Source: an uncultured Acidobacteriota bacterium | GTDB taxonomy: Bacteria > Acidobacteriota > Vicinamibacteria > Vicinamibacterales > CAVVIG01 | Assembly: GCA_963748265.1 (NCBI GenBank) | Contig: CAVVIG010000001.1 | Span: 329,959 to 393,958 of the forward strand | DNA length: 64,000 nucleotides | Direction of reading: 5' to 3' | In this document: one piece after another, positions 10,493 through 22,093 of the stretch | Layout: every line of letters starts with the position of its first letter | How positions within the stretch are numbered: the first letter of the stretch is position 1 | Program-made: the position numbers and the translations under genes | Notes under the pieces: model-generated | Told to the model about the DNA's origin: nothing | Seen by the model: only the letters and a program-made list of their open reading frames with translations | Database searches by the model: none

Positions 10493-12832
10493 ATGGCCAG
10501 CAGCATCAACGTCCTCGGCGCAACGCTCACGCGGCGCCAGTTCGTCAAAGCGGGCGGCACCCTGTTCGTGGGCGTCAGCCTCGTGGGACACAAACTGTTC
10601 GAGGGCCAGGCGCAGGCCGCCACGGCGAAGAACTCCCTCGACGCCTCCCTGTCGTCGTCGTGGTTCGAAATTCACGCCGACAACACGATCGTGATGCGCA
10701 CCGGCAAGGTGGACTTCGGACAGTCCACTGCGCACACCGCCTACAAGCAGATTGTCGCCGAGGAACTGCGCGTGCCGTACGAGGCCATCACCACCGTCGT
10801 CATGGGCGACACGGACCGCACTCCCGATGGCGGGTTCTCCGCGGGCTATCTCGAATACGGCGGGCAGAACCTTCGCAAGGCGGCGGCCTACACCTATCAG
10901 GCGATTCTCGACCTTGCCGCCACGACCATGGGCGTGAGCAAGAGCCAGCTCACCGTGAAGGACGGCGTCATTACCGGCGGCGGCAAACGCCTGACCTACG
11001 GTGAACTCGTGCGCGGGCAGGAGCTGAAGCTCACGATTCCCGTCGAGGGCGACCTGACGACGATGTTCGGGCTGACGGTGGCGGGCAACCCGCCGATGAA
11101 GCCGACAAGCGATTACACGATCATTGGCAAGTCGTTCGCGAACACCGTGACGCCAGGCAAGGTGATGGGACAGGAGCAGTGGGTCACCAACGTCCGCCTG
11201 CCCAACATGCTGCACGGCCGCGTCGTGCACCCGAAGACACTTGGCTCGACGCTCGTCGCGGCGGGCACGCTCGACAAAGCGGAGTTTCCGAACGCGAAGG
11301 TCGTGGTGAAGGGCAACCTCGTTGGCGTCGTCGCGCCGACCGAGTGGGAAGCCGTCAAGGCCGCGCAGAGCCTCGCGAACTCCACGAAGTGGACCGACTG
11401 GAAGGGACTGCCCGGCCACACGCAGGTCCACCAGTGGATGCGCGAGAAGGCCGACTGGAAGTCGACGCCGGTCGCTGACGGTGAAAAGAACAAAGGCGCG
11501 GTTGCGCCGGCGCTCGCCTCAGCGGCGAAGACGATGAAGGCCAGCTACGAGCTCCCCTTCATGAAGCACGCGCCCATCGGCCCGACGATCGCCGTCGGCG
11601 ACGTCCGGCCAGACGGCACGGTGTTCGTGCACACGCACAACCAGAATCCGCAGGCGCTGCGGGGCCAGATTGCGATGATGCTCGGCACGCCTGTCGCCAA
11701 CGTCGTCGTCCGCATCTACGCGGGCCCTGGCCACTACGGTCGCTCGAACGGCGGCAACGCCGGCGCCGAAGACGAAGCGGTGATTCTCTCGCAGGCCGTG
11801 GGCCAGCCCGTGCGCGTGCAGTGGATGCGACCGGAGGATCTGCAGTGGTCCACGCAATCGCCGGCCGCGTACTCGGACATTCGCATCGGGGTTGATACCC
11901 ACGGCGTCATCACGGCGTACGAAGCCAACCACTACATGCCTGCGGGCCAGGACGATCGACTGGTCGGCGCGATCATCGCCGGATTGCCGACACCACCGGC
12001 ACCCGCGGTCAACAAGGACCCGATCGGTTCCACGTTCAACTCCCTGCAGGATCCCTGGCTGTATGGAAAGATCGCCAACGTTGCCGAATCCGGGTTTGGC
12101 ACCTTCCAGATCGGCCAGCGCGAGTCGCCGCTGAACGTCGGTCTCCGCGACCACAGCATGCGGACGCCAGGACAGCTTCAGCAGAACTTCCCGCGCGAGC
12201 TCGCGATGAGCGAGGCGGCGGCGCTTGCGGGCCTGGACCCGATTGACTTCCGCCTGAAGAACACCGACGACGAGCGGCTCATTGGCACGCTGAAGGCCGT
12301 TCGCGAAGCCTCTGGGTGGGAAACACGCCCGTCGCCGAACGCGAAGGCGTCCGCCACCGGCTCGGCGCCCGTGACGGGGCAAGGGGTCTCCGTCATGCTG
12401 CGCTCTGGCACGTACTGGGCGTGCGTATGCCAGGTGACGGTCGTGCCGGGCACCGGCAAGGTCACCGTCGACAAGTACACCATCGCCGTCGATCCCGGCA
12501 TCGTCGTCAACCCGCAGCAGTTGAAGCGGCAGATCGAGGGCGGCGCGCTGATGGGGTTGAGCCACGCGCTGTACGAAGAGGCGACCTTCGATGAAAGCGG
12601 CGTCACGAGCCGCGACTGGCGTACCTACCCGGTGTTGACGATGGCGGACATTCCGGAGATCAAGGTGGTGATCCTTCCCCACCCCGAGGTCGGGTCGTAC
12701 GGCGGCGGCTCGGAGGCGGCCAACGCGCTGGCCATCTCGGCGATCGCGGCGGCGTTCCACGACGCGACGGGCAAGGTGGCGCGCCGCCTGCCGCTCAAGC
12801 CGGCCTACGTGCAATCGGTGCTCAAGGCGTAG
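10493..12832 (+). CDS. Molybdopterin-binding large subunit (IorB/NicB-like) with Tat signal
   Basis: TRRQFVK Tat motif, TGKVDFGQ, MGDTDRTPDGG, VRLPNMLHGRVVHP, DPIDFRLKN, QIEGGALMGLSHAL. Confidence 0.92.
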   Translation: MASSINVLGATLTRRQFVKAGGTLFVGVSLVGHKLFEGQAQAATAKNSLDASLSSSWFEIHADNTIVMRTGKVDFGQSTAHTAYKQIVAEELRVPYEAITTVVMGDTDRTPDGGFSAGYLEYGGQNLRKAAAYTYQAILDLAATTMGVSKSQLTVKDGVITGGGKRLTYGELVRGQELKLTIPVEGDLTTMFGLTVAGNPPMKPTSDYTIIGKSFANTVTPGKVMGQEQWVTNVRLPNMLHGRVVHPKTLGSTLVAAGTLDKAEFPNAKVVVKGNLVGVVAPTEWEAVKAAQSLANSTKWTDWKGLPGHTQVHQWMREKADWKSTPVADGEKNKGAVAPALASAAKTMKASYELPFMKHAPIGPTIAVGDVRPDGTVFVHTHNQNPQALRGQIAMMLGTPVANVVVRIYAGPGHYGRSNGGNAGAEDEAVILSQAVGQPVRVQWMRPEDLQWSTQSPAAYSDIRIGVDTHGVITAYEANHYMPAGQDDRLVGAIIAGLPTPPAPAVNKDPIGSTFNSLQDPWLYGKIANVAESGFGTFQIGQRESPLNVGLRDHSMRTPGQLQQNFPRELAMSEAAALAGLDPIDFRLKNTDDERLIGTLKAVREASGWETRPSPNAKASATGSAPVTGQGVSVMLRSGTYWACVCQVTVVPGTGKVTVDKYTIAVDPGIVVNPQQLKRQIEGGALMGLSHALYEEATFDESGVTSRDWRTYPVLTMADIPEIKVVILPHPEVGSYGGGSEAANALAISAIAAAFHDATGKVARRLPLKPAYVQSVLKA

Positions 12833-12844
12833 CGAGCAGACAAC

Positions 12845-13901
12845 ATGCACGACTCGAGCGAAACGAGGACATCTACATCAACGGCGGAGGCTCCGGCGCC
12901 ACCGCCGCAAGCCGTGCTCATGCAGATGTCGCTGGGCTACACCGTCCCGTTTCTGCTCCGGACGGCGGCACAGTTGTGCCTCGCCGACCATCTCGCCGGC
13001 GGCGCCATGACCGCCGAGCAACTCGCAGCAGCCACTGGTACGCACGCGCCGTCGCTCTACCGGCTCCTGCGCGCCCTCGCCTGCAACGGGGTCTTCAGCG
13101 AGGACGAATCGCATCGATTCTCCCTCACCCCGCTCGCCGAACCGCTCCGCTCCGACGTCCCAGGCTCCGTCCGTACGTCCGTTCTCTCGATCACCGGAGA
13201 TCTCTTCGTCGTCCCATGGTCGAAACTCCTCTACTCCGTACAGAGAGGGCCAGTCTGCCTTCGACAAGTACTTCGGCGTTCCGTTCTTCGACCACCTGAC
13301 CAGCAATCCTGAAGAGGCCAGCCTGTTCAGCGATCTGCTCATCGGGCTCAACAGCGCGGATCCGCCCGCGGTCGCCGCCGCGTACGACTTCTCCTCCTTT
13401 TCGCACATCGCGGACATCGGCGGGGGCACGGGCCACCTTCTTGCCACGGTGCTCGCCAGCCATCCCGGACCGCGCGGCACCCTGTTCGACCTGTCGCACA
13501 GCCGATCCGGCGCCGAGGAACTGATCCGCTCCCGAGGCATGGCCGACCGCATCGCCTTCACCGCCGGCAGCTTCTTCGACGATGTCCCTGCCGGATGCGA
13601 TCTCTACTTGCTCTCGCACATCATCCACGACTGGAGCGAGGCACAGTGCCTCACCATCCTCGGCAACTGCCACCGTGCCATGTCGCCGACCAGCCGTCTG
13701 CTGATCATCGAGACGGTGCTATCCGAGGGCAACGCGTTTCATCCGGGCAAGATGCTCGACATCACCATGCTGACGCTGACGCCAGGCCAGGAGCGTTCCG
13801 AGCCCGAGTATCGCGCGCTCCTCGGCAAGGCCCACTTCACACTCACACGCGTCATCCCGACGAACTCCGCCGTGAGCATCGTCGAGGCGACTCCCGTCTG
13901 A
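12845..13901 (+). CDS. O-methyltransferase (Methyltransf_2 plus dimerisation domain), frameshift near 13245
   Basis: LRTAAQLCLADHL...LYRLLRALA; IADIGGGTG; GSFFDDVPAGCDLYLLSHIIHDW. Confidence 0.9.
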
Positions 13902-13921
13902 GTGAGGGTGGACCACACGAC

Positions 13922-14272
13922 ATGAGGGATGTCCCCGGTACGAACGCGCCTCCGCCAGTTCGCCAGATATCAGCGCCTGCGTTGAAGGCGTGGCTCGACA
14001 GCGGCGCACTGATCGAACTCGTCGACGTGCGCACCCACGAAGAACGCGCGATTGCGGCCATCGACGGAGCGCGGCTGCTCGATCAGGCGTATCACGACGC
14101 GCTTCTCCTCCTCGACCGCGAGACGCCCCTCGTGTTCCAATGCCACCACGGGATCCGTAGTCAACACGCCGCCGAGTACTTTCGAGGTCACGGATTCCGC
14201 AATCTGCACAATCTGAGTGGCGGCATCGACGCCTGGTCGCTGGTCGTCGACCCGTCAGTGCCCCGCTACTAG
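13922..14272 (+). CDS. Rhodanese-like domain protein
   Basis: LVDVRTHEE, VFQCHHGIRS, NLSGGIDAWSLVVDPSVPRY. Confidence 0.9.
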   Translation: MRDVPGTNAPPPVRQISAPALKAWLDSGALIELVDVRTHEERAIAAIDGARLLDQAYHDALLLLDRETPLVFQCHHGIRSQHAAEYFRGHGFRNLHNLSGGIDAWSLVVDPSVPRY

Positions 14273-14629
14273 GTGCTTCTCATCGACTTCGCGGCGCCCT
14301 CCGCCCTGCGGCGCGAGCAGGACCGGCCGTCGATGCTTCCGATCGTCGGCAACGGACCGCCGGGCACCTTCGTGCTCTTCCCGCACGGCCTCGCCGTCTC
14401 GTTACCAACGGACCAGATCGTCTTCTCGGACGATGCCGAGGGCCATGCGAGCGTCGGATTCGGCGGCATGGAGTTCGTCGGACTGGACGAGGGCAGCCTG
14501 GTATTCGTTCGGGCGCGAGAAGTGCTTCCGGCCGATCGGCTCTCGCCGGATCGCAGTCACACGATGCGCCTCGACCCCGCGTGGGTCGCGGCCATCTCGC
14601 TGGACGGCCAGCCTATTTGGAGTCGCTAG
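14273..14629 (+). CDS. Hypothetical protein
   Basis: 118-aa ORF with coding-like composition filling the gap to the convergent tannase gene. Confidence 0.55.
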   Translation: MLLIDFAAPSALRREQDRPSMLPIVGNGPPGTFVLFPHGLAVSLPTDQIVFSDDAEGHASVGFGGMEFVGLDEGSLVFVRAREVLPADRLSPDRSHTMRLDPAWVAAISLDGQPIWSR

Positions 14630-14636
14630 GACTCGT

Positions 14637-16257
14637 CTAGCGGACGCAGGCGAAGTTGGCGGCGTCGTTCGGATCGCCCGTCCCCTTGTAGCGGGGCACG
14701 GCCGGATAGAGACACACGGGACGCGTGTGCTGAACGGTCCTCGTGGTGGCCTGGTTGTCGGTGAACTTCGTCCCGATGAATTGCGCCGGCGCAGTCCCGT
14801 GTTCGACCCACGCTTCCAGGGCGGTCTGCAGATCGTGCGCCGCGTCGCGCACGGGCGGAATCTGCATCCCGACGCCGCCAAAGTTCGACGCGCCTATCCC
14901 GCTGTTGCAGTGGTTCATGCCCGGCACCATGAACAGTCGATAGAAGCGCTGCGTCTGCTCGAGTCCGCCGTTCGCCTTGACGAGCTGCTCGTAGTACCGG
15001 GGACTGTAATCCGGCTGGAGCGTCTGATCGTTCCAGCCGTGATACTGGATGATCTTGACGCCCCGCCGGATCGCTGCCGCGTAGTCGGTGGAGGTGGCGT
15101 TCCCGAGCCGCCCGATCATCTGGTCGGTATGCGCCATGTCGCTGTCGAAGTTGAACGACATGAGATCCCATTCGGGCTTCTGGTACACGAGATTGGAGAA
15201 GTAGACCATCAGGCCCGAGGTCGCCGTTGCCGGCCGGACCATCCCCTCCCAACCCGTTTCGGAGCCTTTCGCGAAGCCCGGAAAGATCGATTCGCCGGTT
15301 CGCGGACTCTTCGGACCGTCGTAGATCTTCTGCAGCGCGGCGACCTGTGGCGGCGTAAGACAGTTGTTCGCGTCCGCGCCCTTGCACGTGAGCGATCGTG
15401 CTTCGAAGCTGCATCGTGAAGGATCCGCAATGACACCGTCCTCGAGGCCGTCCTTCTTGTCACAGGCCGCCACGACCGCGGCGGTAATCGCGGGCAGCTT
15501 CTCGGCGGGGATCGCCGCGCCCGGTGCCGCGAGCGCCTGCGCGTTCCAGACGAAGCCGGCATTCGAATGCGACTGGAAGTTCCAGGGCGCACCGATGATC
15601 AGGCCGTCGAAATCCTCCGGGTACCGCTGTGCCTCGATGAGACCCTGCCGGCCGCCGTTCGAGCACGAGCTGAAATACGAATGCGCCGGCGCCTCACCGT
15701 AGTACGCCGCGACGATTGCCTTGGCGGCCACCGTGGTCACGTGCTTGGCGCGAAAGAGGTAGTCGGTCGCCTTCTCCGGATGGCCAATCGCCCACCACTG
15801 GTTCGTGGACACGTGGCCCGTGTCGGTGGACGCGGTCGCGTAGCCCCGGCGCAGGTGTTCGTCCATGGCGGCGTCCATGCCACTTCTCTGGTAGTTCAAC
15901 TGCCCGGCGAACCCGCCCTCACCTGTTGACAGGAACTTGCGGTTCCACGCGGCGGGGCCTGGCAGCCAGACCTCGAAGCGGATGTCCGAGTCGGAGGAGG
16001 GCTTGCTCACGGCGCTGTACGCGACAGAACTCCGGCAGGGTGGGGATCGTGATGGTGTCCGACACTCGCAGGGTGCCGCCCGGCACGAGCGTCGACTCGA
16101 CGATCGACGTGGCATTGTCGAAGGTGCGGCCCATCAACGCCGAACAGGCCGCAGGGGGCGCGGAACCCGCTGGCCGTTCGCGTTGCTGTGCCGCGATTCC
16201 CCCGACACATGCGAGAATCGCCGCGCTCACAAGGAAGGACGCGTTCTTCAGCATCAT
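14637..16257 (-). CDS. Tannase/feruloyl esterase family alpha/beta hydrolase, frameshift near 16020
   Basis: Signal peptide MMLKNASFLVSAAILAC; IRFEVWLP, GYATASTDTGH, SCSNGGRQG, YHGWNDQ, RLFMVPGMNHC, RPVCLYP. Confidence 0.93.
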
Positions 16258-16375
16258 GGCGCGCTCCATTCGGCAGCTCGACGGCACCGAGGATCGACCG
16301 CATTCCGGTCGTCGTGGCCCCACAGCGACGAGGCGAGGCAGTGATGATACGCGCGACGCCGTCCGGGGGACGACA

Positions 16376-17170
16376 TTGAAATGCCGGGGCGATGGCGGCA
16401 TCCGGCGCCTCGTTCACACCCTGTCCGTACTCGGCGCCCTGCTGGTGCTGGGGCTGCACACCCGCGCCGCCGCTCCAGAGGGGCCTCTCGTGCTCGTCGG
16501 TGGCGGGCCGACGCCCGCCGACGTCTTCAGCCGCACGCTCGCGATGTCGGGCGGACGCACGGCGACGGTCGCCGTCCTGCCGCAGACTTTTCCCACCGAC
16601 ACCATCGCCGATGCCGCGGTGGCGATGTGGCGGACGTTTCAGGTGCGCGACGTCGTGAAAGTGAGCCGGACGGATCCGGCCGCGGCGCGCGCCGCGCTCG
16701 AACGGGCGACTCTCATCTGGATGCCGGGCGGATTCCAGGGCCTCCTGATGCAGACGATCCGGGACACGCCGATTCCCCAGATCGTTCGCGCGCGCTTTCT
16801 GGAAGGCGTGACGATTGGCGGCGCGAGCGCCGGTGCGGCGGCCATGTCGCGCACGATGATTGCCGATGAGACAACGCCGGATGGCGGCGGCATCGACGGT
16901 CCCGCCACCGCCGAGGGCCTCGGCCTGTGGCCCGACGCGATCGTCTCGCCGCACTTTGCGGAACGCCGCCGGCTCGGTCCCCTCATCGCGATCGTGCGCG
17001 ATCAGCCGACACTCTTCGGCGTGGGCATTGACGAAGGAACCGCTGTCATCGTGTCCCGTGGTGAGCTCGAAGTCCTGGGACGCGGCACCGTCGCTATCGT
17101 CGATGCGCACAGCCCCAAGGCGCGGATCCTCAAGCCCGGGATGCGCGTGAAACTGCTCGAGATCCGGTAA
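16376..17170 (+). CDS. Cyanophycinase-like peptidase S51, secreted (start uncertain)
   Basis: GPLVLVGGG, IWMPGG, IGGASAGAAAMS, SPHFAERRR, GVGIDEGTA (Ser-His-Glu triad). Confidence 0.85.
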   Translation: MKCRGDGGIRRLVHTLSVLGALLVLGLHTRAAAPEGPLVLVGGGPTPADVFSRTLAMSGGRTATVAVLPQTFPTDTIADAAVAMWRTFQVRDVVKVSRTDPAAARAALERATLIWMPGGFQGLLMQTIRDTPIPQIVRARFLEGVTIGGASAGAAAMSRTMIADETTPDGGGIDGPATAEGLGLWPDAIVSPHFAERRRLGPLIAIVRDQPTLFGVGIDEGTAVIVSRGELEVLGRGTVAIVDAHSPKARILKPGMRVKLLEIR

Positions 17171-17187
17171 GCCTCAGGCCCACTGCT

Positions 17188-18165
17188 TTACGCCCGTCGC
17201 AGCGCCAGGATCGACACATCGTCGGCAAACGACGGCGAGCCGCCGAAGGCCGCGATCTCACGCACGCACGATTCCACCAGCGGACTGGGGCCGGCCCTTT
17301 CAGCCGATGTGATGAGTGCCATCATCCGGTCGAGCCCGTACTCGTCTCCATCGGGGTCCCGTGCTTCGAGCACACCATCCGTGTACAGCAGCAGTGTCTC
17401 CCCCGGCTGCAGGCGCAATCGCCTCGACGTGAACTGTTCGGTGCAGAACAGGCCGATCGGCAGGCCGGTCGCCTCGATCCGCTCGATGCCGGTGTGCGCG
17501 ATGACCAGCGGCGGCGGATGCCCGGCGTTGCACAGCTCGATCTCGCCGGACCGCTCCGCGCGGCCGCACACGAGCGTCGCGTAGTGCATCGGCAGCGTGC
17601 TCTCGCAGAAGACACGGCTCGTGCGCTCCATCAGCTGCTCCAGCGGCAGGCCGATCGAGATGAGGGTCCGCAGCAGCGCGCTCAGATGCGACATCAGCAT
17701 CGCCGCCGCCACGCCGTGCCCCGCCACGTCGCCGAGCAGGAAGTAGAGCTCACCGCCGGATCCCGGAATCAGGTCGCAATAGTCGCCGCTGACCGGGCCG
17801 GCCGGCTGGTAGTGATACGCGAACTCCCAGCCGTCGAATATGCGTTCGGGTCTTGGCAGCAGTTCGCGCTGGATGCGGACGGCCATGTCGAGGTCCTGCT
17901 GCAGCGCGCGTTGCGCGCGCGGCGTCAGGTGGTCCAGGCAGAACCGCGTCAGCGGGTCGGCAAACAGGCGGTCAGCCTCGATCGGATCGCCACAGGTCTC
18001 ACACCGGCCGAACGTGCCTGCGGAGATTCGCTGCAGCGCGGCATCGACCTCATCGAGGAGCTGCTCGATCTCGGCGTTGCCACCCCGTCGCGTGGCAATC
18101 GAGACGAGCTGCTGTCGTCGGTCGGCGAGCTGTTCCCGGTAGGAGTGGCCGGCAGTAATGTCCAT
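17188..18165 (-). CDS. TraR/DksA-type zinc finger fused to SpoIIE/PP2C phosphatase
   Basis: VDAALQRISAGTFGRCETCGDPIEADRL...TRFCLDH; VSGDYCD, GDVAGHGVAAA, NAGHPPP, YTDGVLEA, DDVSIL. Confidence 0.9.
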   Translation of the reverse strand: MDITAGHSYREQLADRRQQLVSIATRRGGNAEIEQLLDEVDAALQRISAGTFGRCETCGDPIEADRLFADPLTRFCLDHLTPRAQRALQQDLDMAVRIQRELLPRPERIFDGWEFAYHYQPAGPVSGDYCDLIPGSGGELYFLLGDVAGHGVAAAMLMSHLSALLRTLISIGLPLEQLMERTSRVFCESTLPMHYATLVCGRAERSGEIELCNAGHPPPLVIAHTGIERIEATGLPIGLFCTEQFTSRRLRLQPGETLLLYTDGVLEARDPDGDEYGLDRMMALITSAERAGPSPLVESCVREIAAFGGSPSFADDVSILALRRA

Positions 18166-18181
18166 CGCAGTCGCCCGTGCG

Positions 18182-19321
18182 TTACCTGCCCATTCGCACG
18201 AACTTCTGTGCGCGCCGCCCCGTGCCGACCTCGGCGGTGTAGATGTTCCCCTGCGAGTCGGTCGCGACATTGTGGAGGAACACGAATTCGCCGGCATAGT
18301 GGCCGATGCGACCGAAGCGGCTGACTTCCTGCAGCGACCGGCGATCGTAGACGTGCACCTTGCCGTTGCCGGCGTCCGCCACGTAGAGGAACTGCTGCTG
18401 CGGATCGGGCGAAAACGCCACGGAGAAGGCGGTGCCGAGCAGTTTCGTCTGGCGTTCGACGAAGATCTCCCGCTGGAATTTGCCGTCGATCGTGAACACC
18501 TGCACGCGGTTGTTCCGGCGCTCCGCCACGTACACGAGGCCGTCCTCCGACACGCGCACACCGTGCACCAGGTTGAACTGCTGCGGTCCGGCCCCCTCGT
18601 ACACCGGCCCGTTCGGCGCGGCGTCGTCCGGCTTGTTGCCGTAGGCCCCCCACATGCGCTTGAACGTTCCGGTATCGGCGTCGAGCACCACCACGCGGCG
18701 GTTCACGTAGCCGTCAGCGATGAACACCTCGTTCGTCTTCTGATGCACGTAGATGTCGGCGGCATTGTTGAAGTTTTCGGTGTCGAGACTCCCCTTGCTC
18801 GCACCGCGCTTGCCGACCTGCAGGAGGAACTTCCCGTCGCGCGTGAACTTCAGGATGTGGTTCTCCGTCCGTTCGCGCAGCCGGGGACCGCCAGCCGAGG
18901 AGATCCAGACGTTGCTCTTGTGGTCGACGAAGATGCCGTGCTCGTCCTTCGGCCACTCGTAGCCGGCGCCCTCACCTCCCCACCCCTGGATGTAGGTGCC
19001 GTCGGCATCGAACTCCATCACCGGCGGCGCCTCGCGGCAGCACTCGGCTTCCGGGTTCTGCGCCTTCTCGTCGCTCTGGATCGACCACGGACGCTGAATC
19101 AGCCAGATGTGATCCCGCGCGTCCACGGTAATGCCCGACACCTGGCCGAGGATCCACTGCTTCGGCATCTTCGGCCAGAACGGATCCACCTGGAACTGCG
19201 GCGCGGCCGGCGGTTGCTGGGCCGCGACGTGGGTGAACCTGCGCTCGGCGACGCCCAGTGCGACGAGCACCACCGCGAACGCAGCCACGGGCCATGTGCG
19301 GTTCTTCGACACCTGCGACAT
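18182..19321 (-). CDS. Secreted NHL-repeat beta-propeller (PAL-like)
   Basis: FQVDPFWPK, HILKFTRDGKFLLQVG, IADGYVNRRVVV, NNRVQVFTIDGKF. Confidence 0.88.
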   Translation of the reverse strand: MSQVSKNRTWPVAAFAVVLVALGVAERRFTHVAAQQPPAAPQFQVDPFWPKMPKQWILGQVSGITVDARDHIWLIQRPWSIQSDEKAQNPEAECCREAPPVMEFDADGTYIQGWGGEGAGYEWPKDEHGIFVDHKSNVWISSAGGPRLRERTENHILKFTRDGKFLLQVGKRGASKGSLDTENFNNAADIYVHQKTNEVFIADGYVNRRVVVLDADTGTFKRMWGAYGNKPDDAAPNGPVYEGAGPQQFNLVHGVRVSEDGLVYVAERRNNRVQVFTIDGKFQREIFVERQTKLLGTAFSVAFSPDPQQQFLYVADAGNGKVHVYDRRSLQEVSRFGRIGHYAGEFVFLHNVATDSQGNIYTAEVGTGRRAQKFVRMGR

Positions 19322-19395
19322 GCGGCCTACTTTACGCCAGCGGTTGCGCGCACGTCAGCCCGGCGGTTGCCGTCGGTATAATCCGCTGACCCCGC

Positions 19396-22024
19396 ATGCT
19401 CGCACGCGGTTCGCACATCGGCAGCTTCGAAATCACGGGTCTTCTCGGGTCCGGCGGAATGGGCGAGGTGTACCGCGCCCGCGACGTCCGACTCGGCCGC
19501 GACGTGGCACTCAAGGTGTTGCCCGCGGAAGTCGCGACCGATCCAGATCGGATCGCGAGGTTCCGGCGCGAGGCGCAGCTGCTCGCCGCGCTCAATCATC
19601 CGAACATCGCGGCGATCTACGGCCTGGAGGAAGCCGACGCGCTGGTGGCGCTCGCGCTGGAACTGGTCGAGGGTCCGACCCTCGCGGATCGTCTCGCGGC
19701 TGGTCCGCTACCCGTCCCTGAGGCCGTTGCCATCGGGCGACAGCTCGCCAACGCTCTGGACGCCGCGCACGAGCGCGGAATCGTCCACCGCGACCTCAAG
19801 CCAGCCAATGTGAAGCTGCGTTCCGACGGCGTGGTGAAGGTGCTCGATTTCGGCCTGGCCAAGGCAGTCGAGGGATCCAGCGAGCACGCGCCCCGAACTC
19901 GCCCACCATCACCTCGCCGGCATTCGTCACCGGCGCCGGCATGCTGCTCGGGACCGCCGCCTACATGGCACCGGAACAGGCGCGCGGCGCCGCCGTGGAC
20001 AGGCGCGCAGACATCTGGGCGTTTGGATGCGTGCTGTTCGAGATGGTCACCGGCCGCTCGACATTTCCCGGTGAGTCGGTCGCCGAGGTCGTGGCTGCCG
20101 TCCTCAAGGAGGAGCCGGACTGGTCGTTGCTGCCGCCCGAGACGCCGCCCGCGCTTCGGCGGCTGCTGCGCCGGTCCCTTCACAAGGACCGTGAACGCCG
20201 ACTGCAGAGTGCGGCCGATGCACGGCTCGACCTGGACGATACGATCTCGGAGCCGGTGGCTCTCGCGGGTCCGTCCGAGCCCGGGCCGCGGCGGTCAGGC
20301 GTCGCGTGGGCGCTTCTTGCGGTCGCGTTCGCCGCGATCGGCGCCCTCACCGCCTCGCTGCTTCAGGACGACAACGACGCCGGACCGCTCACCACGTTGC
20401 GGGTGGACATCGCCACGCCTCCCACCAGCACGCCGGCCGCATTTGCGCTGTCGCCCGACGGGACGCGGATCGTGTATAGCGGCAGGGGCGAGAGCGGAAG
20501 GACTCAGCTCTTCGTGCGCCATCTCGAAACGGGTGACGTGCGCGAATTGCCCGGGACGGATGGTCCGAACGCGCCGTTCTGGTCGCCCGATGGGCAGTCG
20601 ATCGGGTACTTCGGCAGCGGCGCGTTGAATCGCGTCGACATCGAGGGGGGCCGCGTCCGGCGGCTGGCGCAGGCACCGATCGCGGGCGGTGCGTGGCTGG
20701 CAGACGGAACGATCCTGTTCACGAACGAGCGGAGCGGGAGGCTGGCACGCGTGACGGCGAATGGCGACGCGGCACCCCTGGATCTCGGACCGGCCGACAC
20801 GCCCACCAACCCGCTCGGCCAGGGTGCGCCCCTCGCGCTGCCGGACGGTCGCCACTTCATCTGCGCTGTCAACCGCTTCGAAGAAGGCAACGGGCTGTAT
20901 GTGGGCTCGCTCGACACACCCGGACTCACCCGCCTGACCGACGCCGAGAGTGGCGCTGCGTATCATCCTGCCGGCTGGCTCCTCTTCCTGCGCAAGGGAT
21001 CACTCATCGCGCAACGCTTCGACATGGCGAGCCTGGCGTTGTCAGGAGAGCCGGTGGTTGTGATTTCCGAAGTGGCACAGACCGATTTCAACCAGCCGCC
21101 GGCCGTGTCGATTGCACGAACCGGCCTCGTTGCCTACCGGGCTGGCATGAATGCGACGAGCCAGTTCCAGTGGTTCGACCGCGCAGGCACCCCGGGTGCG
21201 CTCCTCGGTGTTACACCGCCGATCAGCAGACGACGGTCGAACTGTCGCCAGACGGAAAGCGCGCGGTGACATGGCGGGACCTTCGCGAGCGCGGTCGCAA
21301 CAACTACGACATCTTTCTCGTGGACGCCATTCGCGAGAGCCGCCTCACGGTCGACCCGGCCATGGACCGCTTTGGCATCTGGTCGCACGACGGACGGTTC
21401 GTGCTTTTCGACTCGGACCGCAGCGGCGTCCGCAACCTGTATCGGAAGCCCGCCGACGGGTCGTCGCCGGAACAATTGATCGTGGAGAGCGATGAGCCGA
21501 AGACCGCAAACGACGTCTCAGCGGACGGCCGCACGCTCCTCTTTCGAGCCGGCAACGATCTCGCCGTGATGCCGCTTGACGGCTCCAGCCCGCCGCGAAA
21601 ACTGTTCGAGACGCCATTCGACGAGCGCACCGCGCAGTTTTCGCCGGATGGTCGATGGATCGCGTATCAGTCGAACGAGTCGGGCAGGGTCGAAGTGTAC
21701 GTTCGCGCCTTCCCGGAATCACCGGCGCGCTGGCAGGTGTCGGTTCAGGGCGGCTACGCACCGCGCTGGAGTCCGGACGGTCGCGAGGTGTACTACGTCG
21801 ATCTCGCCGGCACGCTGATGGCCGTGCCGGCGGCGGCGAGCGGCGGCACGTTCGTGCCGGGCGCGCCGAAGACGCTCTTCGCCCCCGGGTTGCTCGGCTC
21901 CAGCGAGTTCAGCCGCCAGCAGTACGACGTCGCGCCAGATGGGCGCTTCCTGATGCGTGTCGAAACAGCCTCGGCTCAGCGTCCCATCACCCTGTTGATC
22001 GACTGGAGGCCCGACGCGCGATAG
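19396..22024 (+). CDS. Hanks-type Ser/Thr kinase with TM and TolB/PD40-like beta-propeller, frameshifts near 19900 and 21230
   Basis: LGSGGMGEVYRA, VALK, HRDLKPAN, DFG, GTAAYMAPEQ; repeated SPDG propeller motifs. Confidence 0.92.
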
Positions 22025-22093
22025 CCGCGCCGCCCGGCTTCGGCGCACCTGGCCTAAGATCGAATCTGTGCACGGAGCGCACCCGGACACTTG

